DNA of 64,000 nucleotides from an uncultured Terricaulis sp. (GTDB taxonomy: Bacteria > Pseudomonadota > Alphaproteobacteria > Caulobacterales > Aquidulcibacteraceae): NCBI GenBank assembly GCA_964478365.1, contig CAYZIJ010000001.1:133267-197266 (forward strand). Reading direction: 5' to 3'. Positions 8,902-18,398 of the stretch are shown piece after piece. The position numbers were made by a program, and so were the translations under genes. How positions within the stretch are numbered: the stretch's first letter is position 1; the number at the start of each line of letters is the position of its first letter. The notes beneath the pieces are model-generated. The model did no database searches. It was not told where the DNA came from and saw nothing but the letters and a program-made list of their open reading frames with translations.

Positions 8902-9216
8902 TTAGCCGCCGGTCCGCGTATCTTCCTGACGCGTGCACTGCACTTGCGTGAACGCGCCAATGCAGCTGACGATCGGCTGACCGTCGAGCGTCACGTCATA
9001 CTTCGCACCGACATAGTAGTTGGTGTAAGCACGGTCGCCCGCGAGTGCGACGGCAGCGCCTTCAGCGACGCCGCCAAGATCGAGATTACCTGCCGCAGCT
9101 TCGGTGCTCTCCTGCAGCACAGCGTCAGCCGCAGAACGCATCGCCGCTTCTTCCGGGCGCGTGAAATAGCCGGCGACGCCAGCGATGATCAAAAGCAACA
9201 AAACCAGCCTGAGCAT
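8902..9216 (-). CDS. Hypothetical exported protein, paralog of 8573..8896
   Basis: MLRLVLLLLIIAGVAGYFTRP...YYVGAKYDV...CIGAFTQVQC. Confidence 0.75.
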   Translation of the reverse strand: MLRLVLLLLIIAGVAGYFTRPEEAAMRSAADAVLQESTEAAAGNLDLGGVAEGAAVALAGDRAYTNYYVGAKYDVTLDGQPIVSCIGAFTQVQCTRQEDTRTGG

Positions 9217-9278
9217 TGGGTCTCTCCCTCGTTCCCCTGCGGCGACCCTAGCGCAGCGCTCCCGCGCCGCAAAGCGCC

Positions 9279-9680
9279 TCAGCCCGCTTTCTTGCGCGCG
9301 GGCGATTTTGGCGGCGCAAATGCCATCGAAAGTTTCTTGGGCGCCACGGCGCGCCAGCTTTCGTCGAGATAATCGGTCAGCTTGCCCAGCGGCGCCTTGG
9401 CCTTCGCACTAAACCTGAACGTGACCCAGCCAGCCTTGCCAAGACCATAGCCAGTAGGCTCGGCGTTCTTCATCTGCAAAGCGTCATCACGGCGAAACGG
9501 AAGCTTCATCGAAACCGAGAGCCCGCTAGCCTCGTCGCCGCCGACGAACAGGAACGCCTTCTTGCCCGCAACTTTGTAAGCCGGGTGTCCCCACGGCATA
9601 TCCTCGACCGTCTCCGGATACTTCATCGCCGCCGTGCGCAGCGCTTTCGCGACTGGGTGATCTGCATGCGTCCATTTCAT
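9279..9680 (-). CDS. MmcQ/YjbR family protein
   Basis: YPETVEDMPWGHPAYKVAGKKAF, PTGYGLGKAGWV, LTDYLDESWRAVAPKK. Confidence 0.85.
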   Translation of the reverse strand: MKWTHADHPVAKALRTAAMKYPETVEDMPWGHPAYKVAGKKAFLFVGGDEASGLSVSMKLPFRRDDALQMKNAEPTGYGLGKAGWVTFRFSAKAKAPLGKLTDYLDESWRAVAPKKLSMAFAPPKSPARKKAG

Positions 9681-9720
9681 TGCGACACGCCCATGCACCG
9701 AACATAGCGCGACGCTTGCA

Positions 9721-10146
9721 TTACTTCGCCCCAGCCTGATCGAGCGCTTCGACTGCAGCATCGAAAGCCAGCATTGTCGATGCATGCCGCGCTGGATAAT
9801 CCTTCACGCCTTCGAGGTGACGCAACTCCCAGAAACGGCCCGCGGGCGGCGCCGCTCCCTCTTTCAGCATCGCGCGTAAGGCGTCGCGCGCCGCGCGAAT
9901 TTCGGCCGGCGTTGCGCCGATGGCGTGCATCGCCAGCACGCCAGTCGCCGCCTGCCCCAGCGCGCACGCTTTGGGATGCACGGCAATGTCGTTGACCTTG
10001 CCGCCAGAGAGCTTCAGCTCCACCGTCACCACAGACCCGCACACGCGGCTGACTTTGGTCGCGGCCCCGTCCGGCGCATCGAGCCGGCCGACATGCGGCA
10101 TGTCGGCGGCAAGTTCGAGAATGCGCGGGTGGTAGAGGTCGTCCAT
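9721..10146 (-). CDS. IscU/NifU-N-like Fe-S scaffold family protein (alphaproteobacterial type)
   Basis: SRVCGSVVTV, KACALGQA, PARHAST. Confidence 0.9.
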   Translation of the reverse strand: MDDLYHPRILELAADMPHVGRLDAPDGAATKVSRVCGSVVTVELKLSGGKVNDIAVHPKACALGQAATGVLAMHAIGATPAEIRAARDALRAMLKEGAAPPAGRFWELRHLEGVKDYPARHASTMLAFDAAVEALDQAGAK

Positions 10147-10208
10147 TCGCCTTTATGTGGCCTTCCTTGACGGCCAAGCAACGGTCATACTCGGGCGGAG
10201 AGGCTCCT

Positions 10209-10715
10209 ATGCGCAGACGTTTTTTCCTGGGCGCGGCTTTGGCTGCGGGCGCAGGCCCAGCTTTGGCGCAAACCACGACGCCAACGCCGCCACCCGCTGC
10301 TGCGCCCACGCCACCGCCACAAGGTCCAATCGATCCTGTGAACGCGCTCGAATACGCTTTCGTCGCCGCGCTCACTGACGCGCGCATGCGTCCGGTCTTT
10401 CGCCAGTATCTTGTGAATACGCATGTCGTGCTCGCACTCAGCAGCGCCGATCAGAATTCAGCCCCGCTCGAAATCGACGTGCGCCCTGATTTCCGCGCGG
10501 CCGCGATCTTCACCAGCGCCCAACGCGTCGATGAAGTACTCGGGCCAAACGCGCCGCGCATCGTCATCAATGGCCGCGCCGCGTTTGAACGCGTCGCCGG
10601 CAAGAATGTCGTGATCAATTATCGCTTGGTGCCGATGCTGACGCTCGAACCGGCGGATGTCGCCGCCTATCTCGAATCTGCGCCAGCAGAGTCGTCAGCC
10701 GGGCCCACCGAGTAG
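10209..10715 (+). CDS. Tat-exported SseB-family protein
   Basis: MRRRFFLGAALAAGAGPALA twin-arginine signal, Pro-rich linker, NALEYAF...AIFTS...VVIN core. Confidence 0.65.
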   Translation: MRRRFFLGAALAAGAGPALAQTTTPTPPPAAAPTPPPQGPIDPVNALEYAFVAALTDARMRPVFRQYLVNTHVVLALSSADQNSAPLEIDVRPDFRAAAIFTSAQRVDEVLGPNAPRIVINGRAAFERVAGKNVVINYRLVPMLTLEPADVAAYLESAPAESSAGPTE

Positions 10716-11138
10716 GCCGTCACTGCCGCAGCGGCGATCATAGATTCCGCGCGTACGCGCCAACCGCCCGTCCCCAGCCGCATCGAACAAATGTACTTGC
10801 CATGTGTGCGTGCAATTGGCGGCCGTCACCGTGCGGCGGCACACTTGCGCTGGCGGCGCGCCACGCCCCGCTTCGGTGCGCGGCGCTGGCCCACAATTGA
10901 AGTCCTGACCGCGCAGATCACCGGCCGCAGCGCTGACCGCCAGGCCGGCGCCATAGCGGCTCGACACATTGCTCTCGAACGCCGCCAGCGTTTGGGGCGC
11001 GCTCGCGTTGCGCCAATCGCCGAGATCAAGCGGCGTTGATGGGATCGTCGCGCCACCCGACGCTGGCGGCGGCGCGCTGACCGTGGTGGCGCAAGCGGCG
11101 AGCAAAAGCAGCGAAGCGAGAGCGGCAAACTGTTTCAT
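10695..11138 (-). CDS. Hypothetical lipoprotein, paralog of 11150..11590
   Basis: Lipobox LAAC. LDLGDWRNA...AFESNVSSRYG and three Cys in the core. Confidence 0.7.
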   Translation of the reverse strand: MKQFAALASLLLLAACATTVSAPPPASGGATIPSTPLDLGDWRNASAPQTLAAFESNVSSRYGAGLAVSAAAGDLRGQDFNCGPAPRTEAGRGAPPAQVCRRTVTAANCTHTWQVHLFDAAGDGRLARTRGIYDRRCGSDGLLGGPG

Positions 11139-11149
11139 CGCGTTGTCCT

Positions 11150-11590
11150 TCAGCGTGCGCCGAGACACATACGATCAAAGCCCGCAACGGGCTGACCGCG
11201 CTCAACTACGACATACCAGTCCACGGCGCACTGACGCTCCATGATTTCGATCCGGCAATCGAGGCGGCCGCTATCGCCGCAGCTGAAACCGTTGCGCTCC
11301 AAGTCTGCGCGGATCGCAGCGGCGTCCTGACCGGCAAAACGGCTGCGGATCTGTGTTTGGAATGCGGGCCCGTAGACCGCCGGATCGGCATTGCGCCATT
11401 GGCCGAAATCGATGCCGCCCGGCCCCGCGCCTTCCGGCGGCGCTGTGGCAGCACTTGGGGCGGCGCCTGGCGGCGGCAGCGCCGAACCGCGCTCAACCGG
11501 GAACGGCAACGGCGCATCCGTATCGGCGCCCCCGCCTGCCGTCGAACAGGCGGCCAGAGCCGCAATCACCACCAAAAATCCAAGCCGCAT
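11150..11590 (-). CDS. Hypothetical lipoprotein, paralog of 10695..11138
   Basis: Lipobox LAAC. IDFGQWRNA...AFQTQIRSRFAG. Confidence 0.7.
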   Translation of the reverse strand: MRLGFLVVIAALAACSTAGGGADTDAPLPFPVERGSALPPPGAAPSAATAPPEGAGPGGIDFGQWRNADPAVYGPAFQTQIRSRFAGQDAAAIRADLERNGFSCGDSGRLDCRIEIMERQCAVDWYVVVERGQPVAGFDRMCLGAR

Positions 11591-11681
11591 CGCGTGTCCT
11601 TCTTGTCCCCGCCGCTGGCTTAGTCGCGGGCCGCGGCGGGAGCAAGGCGCACACCCGCTCCAGCAGCGCTAAGATAGCCCC

Positions 11682-12152
11682 ATGAGCGAGACACGAGCCC
11701 CCAAGCGGGCGTCCACAAAGACCCAAGCGCAATGCGCGTGTGGCGATGTCGTCATCGAGATCGCCATGCCTGCACAATGGGCATGGCACGACCACTCCGC
11801 CGCAAGCCGGCGAGCGCATGGCGCCGCGTACGCAACCTATGTCGGGTCATGGAAGAGCCGCTTCGCGTTCGTGCGCGGCGAAGATTGTCTAACGCGTTAC
11901 GAAGAACCGGAGAGCGGCGCCGTGCGCAGCTTTTGTGCGCGATGCGGCACGCCGATGCTCTACGAACGCAAACGCGCCACCAACAACATCAACATCCCAC
12001 GCGCGCTCTTCACCAGCGGCGTCGGCCGCGAGCCGCGCTATCACCTCGCGATCGACCAATTGCAGGAGTGGACCTATCTCGGCGAGAAGCTCGGACCGCT
12101 CAAAGATTTTCCCGGCGTGGTTTGGACAGGCGCGCGCCGCAAACGCGCTTAA
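11682..12152 (+). CDS. GFA (Mss4-like) family protein with degenerate catalytic Cys triad
   Basis: CACG and RSFCARCGTP are kept. The usual CHCxxCRR reads DHSAASRR. Confidence 0.8.
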   Translation: MSETRAPKRASTKTQAQCACGDVVIEIAMPAQWAWHDHSAASRRAHGAAYATYVGSWKSRFAFVRGEDCLTRYEEPESGAVRSFCARCGTPMLYERKRATNNINIPRALFTSGVGREPRYHLAIDQLQEWTYLGEKLGPLKDFPGVVWTGARRKRA

Positions 12153-13381
12153 GCGACGCTCGAAATGCGCCCGAGGAAGAGCCGCGTGCGTGTGGGCCTA
12201 TGGTGCAGCACGATGAAGAACGGGTGATCGGCCCGGAACTCGACCGGCGGCGCCTCCGGCACTGGCATAGCTGTAGCGACCATGTCGATAGCAGTGACAG
12301 CAGCCGCCTCCGTGCCCTCCTCATCGATGGCGAGGAATGTTTTGTGGATCACACCGCTGACAGCGAGCGAGGTTTGCTCGGTGACCCCGGAGAAATCAGC
12401 GCCGCTAGTGAAGGCCTGACGCAAACCCAAAGCTTGCAGCTGCGGCACGAGATCATAGTCCGCGCTCATCTCCACTTTCGGCAGCGTCACACTGAGCCGC
12501 ACCGCTTGCGCAGCACTCAAATCCTGCATCCAGCGATCCAGCCGATTACCGGCGATCTGGCCTTCAAATGCCGGCAAACCATTGCGGGCGCGCGGCAAGA
12601 ACACAGACAGCGCAAATGCGCCATCGTCATAGTCGAACTCCGCCGCCTGGAAGCCTTCGCCGTCCACGTAACGCGCGCGCGTGACCTGATGCATGAGCCG
12701 CGCGCGCTCGGTAGCGCCGGATTGTGCGTGGAAGTCGCCGTCACGCGTGGAATTGGCGGCGAATTGGTCGGCCCATTTGCCTTTGAAATACACCGCGTTG
12801 GTGAGGACAAGTCGCCGATCCGGATCGGGTGTGCTGATGATTGTCGGGATGCGATCACGCGTTTCGCGCGCCGCCCAAGCATTGATCGTACGCAGCGCCG
12901 CAGTTTGATTGGCAATGAACGGCACCGCTTCGATCGTGGCGCCCAAGTCTTGCCCCAGCGTGCGCGCGTACTCGGCGCGCAGCGTCATCGTGCGCTCAAC
13001 CCAAGCGGCGTTGGCCGAGGTAAACTCACTGCCGCCGGTTTGCGCCGCCAGCGTTTGGGCCGTGGCCCGCGATTGCGCCGTCGCGCGGGCGACATCAGCG
13101 TCGAAGCCAAACGTGTGCGCAATCTCGCCCGCCGTTGCGCCGCGCGCGCCGGGATAGAGCAACGCGAAAGCGCTCACGACGCTGTACGGCGAAACGAATT
13201 GATTGCCTTGCTCGCTGGCGATGGCGCGATAGAGCGCGACGTCGAACGGATCAGCGCCCGGCGTTAAGATCGGCGCTGGCGTCGGCTCTGTTTGCGGCGG
13301 CGGCGTAGGCGCCGCGCCAGCAGCGCATGCCGAAACAGCGGCGCTCGCGGCGGCCGAAAGAAGTAAAGCACGACGATGCAT
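12149..13381 (-). CDS. Serpin, Tat lipoprotein
   Basis: MHRRALLL...VSAC signal, NQFVSPYS, LTNAVYFKGKW, hinge DEEGTEAAAVT, FRADHPF. Confidence 0.95.
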   Translation of the reverse strand: MHRRALLLSAAASAAVSACAAGAAPTPPPQTEPTPAPILTPGADPFDVALYRAIASEQGNQFVSPYSVVSAFALLYPGARGATAGEIAHTFGFDADVARATAQSRATAQTLAAQTGGSEFTSANAAWVERTMTLRAEYARTLGQDLGATIEAVPFIANQTAALRTINAWAARETRDRIPTIISTPDPDRRLVLTNAVYFKGKWADQFAANSTRDGDFHAQSGATERARLMHQVTRARYVDGEGFQAAEFDYDDGAFALSVFLPRARNGLPAFEGQIAGNRLDRWMQDLSAAQAVRLSVTLPKVEMSADYDLVPQLQALGLRQAFTSGADFSGVTEQTSLAVSGVIHKTFLAIDEEGTEAAAVTAIDMVATAMPVPEAPPVEFRADHPFFIVLHHRPTRTRLFLGRISSVA

Positions 13382-13556
13382 ACGATGCCTCCTGCCCTCA
13401 ATCACATGATGGGAACTCGTTGGGCAAAGTGAAGGCGCACGTGTCGCAAACACGCCTCAGTTCCTCTCTGACGTAATTTAAATGCATCTCATCGGGCGTT
13501 CGCGCGTTGGTCGCGCTGGGTCGGCAATGCGCCGGCGTGCTCGGAGAAAAGTTCCC

Positions 13557-14072
13557 ATGAAGAAGATTCTGATCGCAACCGTCGCCACTGCAGCACTCGC
13601 AATCGCCGCTCCAGCGTTCGCGCAAGTCGCTGGCGATGTAACCGGCGCCGTACAAAGCCAAACACAAGTGACCCCGCCGAGCTCACCTGTCCCGCAAACC
13701 ACTGAAGATGCGCAAGACGCCGTCGACGCCACCACTGACGAAGCACAACAGGCCGCTGAAGCGCCCCCGCAAGTCCCGACCGTTGCAACCGCCGAAGCCG
13801 CACCGCCAGCCACTGAAGCAGACATGTCTGCAGAAGCGGCAATAACGCCGGAACAGCCGGCCGAAGCCACCGCCTCCGCCTCCGCCGATGCAGCGATCGA
13901 AGCACCTGCCGCGGAAGTACAAACGGCAGCCACTGCAGAAACCGCAGTTGAAGCAGCTGCAGACATGCCGTCGTCAGTCCAAGAAGCTGTGAATGACGGC
14001 CGCTACACGACTGACGATCTCAACCGCGCGCAACTCGCGGCATTGCAATCGCCAACGCAAGGCTCGCGTTAA
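13557..14072 (+). CDS. Secreted Ala/Glu/Thr/Pro-rich low-complexity protein
   Basis: GGAG before the ATG, signal MKKILIATVATAALAIAAPAFA, acidic mature part, short C-terminal YTTDDLNRAQLAAL. Confidence 0.8.
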   Translation: MKKILIATVATAALAIAAPAFAQVAGDVTGAVQSQTQVTPPSSPVPQTTEDAQDAVDATTDEAQQAAEAPPQVPTVATAEAAPPATEADMSAEAAITPEQPAEATASASADAAIEAPAAEVQTAATAETAVEAAADMPSSVQEAVNDGRYTTDDLNRAQLAALQSPTQGSR

Positions 14073-14094
14073 TCCGCTGAGCTGAGCCGGGGCG

Positions 14095-14124
14095 AAACGG
14101 CGGAGCGCAAGCTCCGCCGTTTTT
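14095..14124. terminator. Bidirectional intrinsic terminator
   Basis: AAACGGCGGAGC-GCAA-GCTCCGCCGTTTTT between convergent genes. Confidence 0.85.
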
Positions 14125-14126
14125 CG

Positions 14127-15503
14127 TTAGGTCTTCCGCCGCCAAGTGGAGCCGCTTACGCTATCCATGACTTCGACGCCGCGCGCCGCGAGTTCATCCC
14201 GCAAGCGATCGCTTTCCGCATAATTCTTCGCCACGCGCGCGGCGACGCGCTCGGCGACAAGCTTGTCGATCTCAGCCGCCTGCTCACCGAAGCTAGCGCG
14301 AAACCAGTGCTCGGGATCGTCCTGCAGTATGCCAAACAACTTCGCTGCAGCGAGCAGCTCGCCCTTCGCCTTCGCCATATCCGCCGGCTTCTTGGCGACG
14401 TTTGCAGCGGTCGCCAGCGCGTAGAGTTCAGCGATGGCTTCCGGTGTATTGAGATCGTCGCACAAGGCTTCGAGAAACGCCTTTGGTGGCTCGACGTCAG
14501 CGGCTTCCACATCCTTCAAGCGCAAAACCGCGCCGTAAAGCCGATCGAGCGAGGCTTGCGCGTTGCGCATCATGTCCTCGTTCCAATCAAGCGGCGCTTT
14601 ATAGTGCGCGCTAAGCAAGCCCCAACGCAGCGTCTCGCCCTGCCAGCCCTGCTCCAGCAGTTCGCGCGGCGTGATGACGTTACCGAGCGACTTCGACATC
14701 TTGGTCGTGTCCATGGTCAGGAAGCCATTGTGCATCCAGACGCGCGCCAGCGGATGGCCGTGCGCGGACTCGCTCTGGGCGATTTCGTTTTCGTGGTGCG
14801 GGAAGACGAGATCGATGCCGCCGCCATGAATGTCGATCGGTGAGCCGAGTTCGGCTTCGATCATCGCCGAGCACTCGATGTGCCAGCCTGGGCGCCCCGC
14901 GCCGAAAGACGCTTCCCACTGCGGCTCGCCTCGCGTGGCTGCCTTCCAAAGCGCGAAGTCGGATGGATGACGCTTATCGTCCTCACCTTCGACGCGCGCG
15001 CCGGCTTGCAGGTCTTCCTGCGCGCGGCCGGAGAGCTTGCCGTAATCCTCGTCAGCAGAGACTGCGAAATAGGCGCCGGTATCGACCTTATAGGCCTTGC
15101 CGTTGGCGATGAGTTTTTCGATCAGCGCGATCATGCCATCAACGTGCTCGGTCGCGCGCGGCGTGAACGTCGGCAGCAATACGCCGAGCGCGCCGGTGTC
15201 GCGCTCATAGGCCTTTTCGAACGGACCAGTGATCTCGGCAATCGACTTGGCGCTTTCAATCGCGGCTTTGATGATGCGGTCGTCTATGTCGGTATAGTTG
15301 CGCGCATAAAGCACGGCGTTTTCGCCGTAGGTATGGCGCAACAGCCGGAAGAGCACGTCGAACACGACCGGCGGGCGCATGTTGCCGATGTGCGCGTAAT
15401 TATAGACCGTCGGTCCGCACACATACATCGTCACCCGGGCTGGATCGGCGGGGACGAACGGCTCTTTCCGCCGCGTCAAAGTGTTCGTGAGACTGATGGT
15501 CAT
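14127..15503 (-). CDS. cysS: Cysteine--tRNA ligase
   Basis: [43 protein letters not shown]. Confidence 0.99.
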   Translation of the reverse strand: MTISLTNTLTRRKEPFVPADPARVTMYVCGPTVYNYAHIGNMRPPVVFDVLFRLLRHTYGENAVLYARNYTDIDDRIIKAAIESAKSIAEITGPFEKAYERDTGALGVLLPTFTPRATEHVDGMIALIEKLIANGKAYKVDTGAYFAVSADEDYGKLSGRAQEDLQAGARVEGEDDKRHPSDFALWKAATRGEPQWEASFGAGRPGWHIECSAMIEAELGSPIDIHGGGIDLVFPHHENEIAQSESAHGHPLARVWMHNGFLTMDTTKMSKSLGNVITPRELLEQGWQGETLRWGLLSAHYKAPLDWNEDMMRNAQASLDRLYGAVLRLKDVEAADVEPPKAFLEALCDDLNTPEAIAELYALATAANVAKKPADMAKAKGELLAAAKLFGILQDDPEHWFRASFGEQAAEIDKLVAERVAARVAKNYAESDRLRDELAARGVEVMDSVSGSTWRRKT

Positions 15504-15530
15504 GGGTTGTGGGTTCTAGCGGCGGGCCGT

Positions 15531-15683
15531 GCTACACTCCATATCTATTCCTGGGCCGCCGATCTGGCCCTGCTGCCTGAGGTGAAACCGCGGGCGGGCG
15601 TTAAGTCCGGGTGTCCGGTTGGTGCGTACAAAGCACCCGGAACCCTCCCGGCTCGACCTCCGCTGCTCAGACAAGGACCCCCG
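15531..15683 (+). other. Long structured 5' leader of folE (candidate cis-regulatory RNA)
   Basis: GCTACACT -10-like element at 15531, then ~140 nt with an 8 bp stem TCCGGGTG/CACCCGGA and CCTCC motifs before the AAGGA RBS. Confidence 0.4.
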
Positions 15684-16298
15684 ATGAGTGAGATACTGAA
15701 ATGGCGCTCGCCCAGCGAGGCCGAGGCAAAGCGTCCGTCGCGTGAAGCGGCGATGGAAGCGGTCAAAACGTTGATCGCCTGGGCCGGCGACGATCCGGAC
15801 CGCGAGGGCCTGAAGGATACGCCGAAGCGCGTCGTCGACGCCTACCGTGAATGGTTTCGCGGCTACGACGAATGCCCGGCCGATGAGCTGAAGCGCGTCT
15901 TCGAAGAAGTCAGCGGCTATGACGACATCGTCATGCTAAAGAAGATCGATGTGGAGAGCCATTGCGAGCACCACATCGCGCCGTTCTTGGGCAAGGCGTA
16001 CGTCGCCTATTTGCCGACCGACGCCGTCGTCGGCATTTCCAAGATCGCGCGCGTCGTCGAAATTTTCGCCAAGCGCCTGCAGACGCAAGAGACGATGACC
16101 AGCCAGATCGCCCAAGCGATCGAGGAAACGCTGAAGCCGCGCGGCGTCGCCGTCCTGATCGACGCCGAGCACCAGTGCATGAGCACGCGCGGCGTCCACC
16201 ACAAGGACGTCACCACCATCACCACGCAATTCACTGGCGCCTTCAAGGATGACGCTGAGCTGCGCAATCGCTTCCTGAAGCTGGCGGGCTATGGCTGA
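15684..16298 (+). CDS. folE: GTP cyclohydrolase I
   Basis: [44 protein letters not shown]. Confidence 0.98.
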   Translation: MSEILKWRSPSEAEAKRPSREAAMEAVKTLIAWAGDDPDREGLKDTPKRVVDAYREWFRGYDECPADELKRVFEEVSGYDDIVMLKKIDVESHCEHHIAPFLGKAYVAYLPTDAVVGISKIARVVEIFAKRLQTQETMTSQIAQAIEETLKPRGVAVLIDAEHQCMSTRGVHHKDVTTITTQFTGAFKDDAELRNRFLKLAGYG

Positions 16299-16321
16299 GC
16301 CTCGACACAGATCACTCGATG

Positions 16322-16353
16322 AAAAGGGCGCAGCGGAAGCAGCGCCCTTTTTT
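16322..16353 (+). terminator. Intrinsic terminator after folE
   Basis: AAAAGGGCGC...GCGCCCTTTTTT. Confidence 0.8.
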
Positions 16354-16462
16354 CGTTATCCCGGGACTCAGCGAAGCTGAGAACCAGGGACCCCAGAGGC
16401 AAACGACGTACTGGTGGCCCCTGGGTTCCGGGCTCGTCGCTGCGCGATGCCCCGGAATGACG
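16354..16462. repeat. REP-like element, CGTCAT(T/C)CCGG...CCGG(A/G)ATGACG family
   Basis: Terminal IR plus inner GGGACCCC...CCCCTGGGTTCCGGG. Similar to 22975, 37865 and 47603. Confidence 0.85.
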
Positions 16463-16501
16463 AGTGCATAAGCGTAAGCGCGTTGCGCCGTCTCACTCAG
16501 C

Positions 16502-17503
16502 ATGCACTATCGCCGCATGCGCTTGGTCCTTCTACTCCTCCCGCTCCTGCTCTCCTGCGCGCCAGAGCAAGCCAGCGCACAAAACTTTCAGCTGCCGATT
16601 GATTGCGCCGTTGGTGATGCCTGCGTCGTGCAGAACTACGCCGATCTCGATCCAAACAACGGCGCCGCTGACGATCCGCGCTGCGGCCCGCTAACCTATG
16701 ACGGCCATGACGGGCTCGACATCCGCGCACCGCAGGCGCTCGCAGATCGCGGCGTCGCCGTGCTTTCGCCTGCCGCCGGCATAATCTCCGCCGTGCGCGA
16801 CGGCGAGCCTGACGGTGCGTTTCTCCGCGGCGGCATGGCAGCGATCGACAATCGCGAATGCGGCAATGGCGTGCGCGTGGATCATGAGGGCGGCTGGTCG
16901 AGCCAGCTCTGCCACATGCGCGCCGGCTCCCTACGCGTGCGCGAAGGCGAGCGCGTTGAAGCAGGACAGACGCTAGGGCTGGTCGGTCTCTCCGGCCACA
17001 CCGAGTTTCCGCACATCCACATCACGCTTCGGCTTAACGACAATCGCGTTGAACCAGTGACGGGCCAATCCTTGGGCGGCGTGCGTTGCGGCGACGATGT
17101 TGAGCCCGGCACGATATGGTCGGCGCAAGCGCGCGAAGCTCTCGCCTATCGCGGCGCGCAATGGTTTGCCGCAGGCTTCACCGGTTCGCCGCCGGGCGAA
17201 GGCGCCAACGCTGAACAGCTACCGGCAAATGCGACGCGCACCGCCGAAGCGTTTGTTTTCTATGCGCTCGCCATCGGCCCGCGCGAGGGCGACGTCTTGC
17301 GCGTGCGTCTCTATGGGCCGAACGGCGCGCTAGTCGGTGAAAACACCCGCACGCAACCGCGCGACCAAGCGCAAGCCTGGCTCTTCACCGGCCGTCGCAC
17401 GCCAAGCGGCGGCTGGGCGGCGGGCGAATATCGTGGCGAAGCCGTATTGTTACGCGATGGCCGCGCCGTGCAAACGCGCACGGAGACGATTACGCTCCGC
17501 TAG
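16502..17503 (+). CDS. M23 family metallopeptidase
   Basis: YDGHDGLD (HxxxD), CGNGVRVDH, GHTEFPHIH. Confidence 0.9.
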   Translation: MHYRRMRLVLLLLPLLLSCAPEQASAQNFQLPIDCAVGDACVVQNYADLDPNNGAADDPRCGPLTYDGHDGLDIRAPQALADRGVAVLSPAAGIISAVRDGEPDGAFLRGGMAAIDNRECGNGVRVDHEGGWSSQLCHMRAGSLRVREGERVEAGQTLGLVGLSGHTEFPHIHITLRLNDNRVEPVTGQSLGGVRCGDDVEPGTIWSAQAREALAYRGAQWFAAGFTGSPPGEGANAEQLPANATRTAEAFVFYALAIGPREGDVLRVRLYGPNGALVGENTRTQPRDQAQAWLFTGRRTPSGGWAAGEYRGEAVLLRDGRAVQTRTETITLR

Positions 17504-18362
17504 CGGCTGGGAGCGCAGGCGCCCGCTCCGGCTTGTGCACCAACGTCACCAGCACAAAGCTCAGCAGCATCAACAAATACCAAGCGCCCATCTTTTCCAG
17601 CGAGACCATATGCCAGCCGTCGCGCTGGCTCGGATAAACCCAAGCCGCGGCGAAGGTGCCGAAATTCTCAGCGATCCAGATGAAGAACGAGACCAACACA
17701 AAGCCTAAAAGCATCGGCATCCGGCGCGGCTTTTGATCTGGCGTGAACTCAAACCAGGCGCGGCCAAAGATGAGCGCCGAGAACGCAAAAAGCCCGAGGC
17801 GAATATCGATCGTGTAGTGGTGCGTGAAGAAGTTCACGTAAGCGAGCAACGCCAAAGCCCAAGTCGTCCAGAGCGGCGGATAATTGACGTAACGGATATC
17901 AAACAGCCGAATGGCGCGGGCGATGTAGGAGCCGATGCAGGCGTACATGAAGCCGGAGAAAAGCGGCACGCCGCCGATGCGCAACACATTCTCTTCCGGA
18001 TAAATCCAAGAGCCCTGCGCCGTCTTGAAGATTTCCATGATCGTGCCGACGACATGAAAGATCAAAATAACGACCGCTTCGTCCCAGCGCTCCAGCTTCG
18101 TCGCCAGCAACGCGCCTTGAATGGCGACGGCGGCAAGCACCAGGAAATCGTAGCGTGCGATCGGCGCGTCGTCCGGCCACCACAAATGCGTGCCGAGCAA
18201 AAGCGCGATCATCAAGCCGCCGAACAAGCACGCCCACGCCTGCTTCAATCCGAACAGCAAAAACTCATACGCCCAGCGATGCAGCCGGGATCGTTCCGCC
18301 CACGGACGCGCCCAGGCGTCAAACCGGGCGACTTGGGCTTTGATCTTGTCTTTGAGACTCAT
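17490..18362 (-). CDS. DUF817-type membrane protein
   Basis: YEFLLFGLKQAWACLFG, ARYDFL, MEIFKT, FSGFMYACIGSY, WIAENFGTF. Confidence 0.85.
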   Translation of the reverse strand: MSLKDKIKAQVARFDAWARPWAERSRLHRWAYEFLLFGLKQAWACLFGGLMIALLLGTHLWWPDDAPIARYDFLVLAAVAIQGALLATKLERWDEAVVILIFHVVGTIMEIFKTAQGSWIYPEENVLRIGGVPLFSGFMYACIGSYIARAIRLFDIRYVNYPPLWTTWALALLAYVNFFTHHYTIDIRLGLFAFSALIFGRAWFEFTPDQKPRRMPMLLGFVLVSFFIWIAENFGTFAAAWVYPSQRDGWHMVSLEKMGAWYLLMLLSFVLVTLVHKPERAPALPAASGA

Positions 18363-18398
18363 GGGTTGAGCAACATCACAGCATAAGACCGAAAACCA

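Noticed and set aside
15517-15543. u[11 protein letters not shown] upstream of cysS as a Cys leader
   Set aside because: Only one Cys codon, and it spans the predicted cysS -10 element, so it is probably not on the mRNA.
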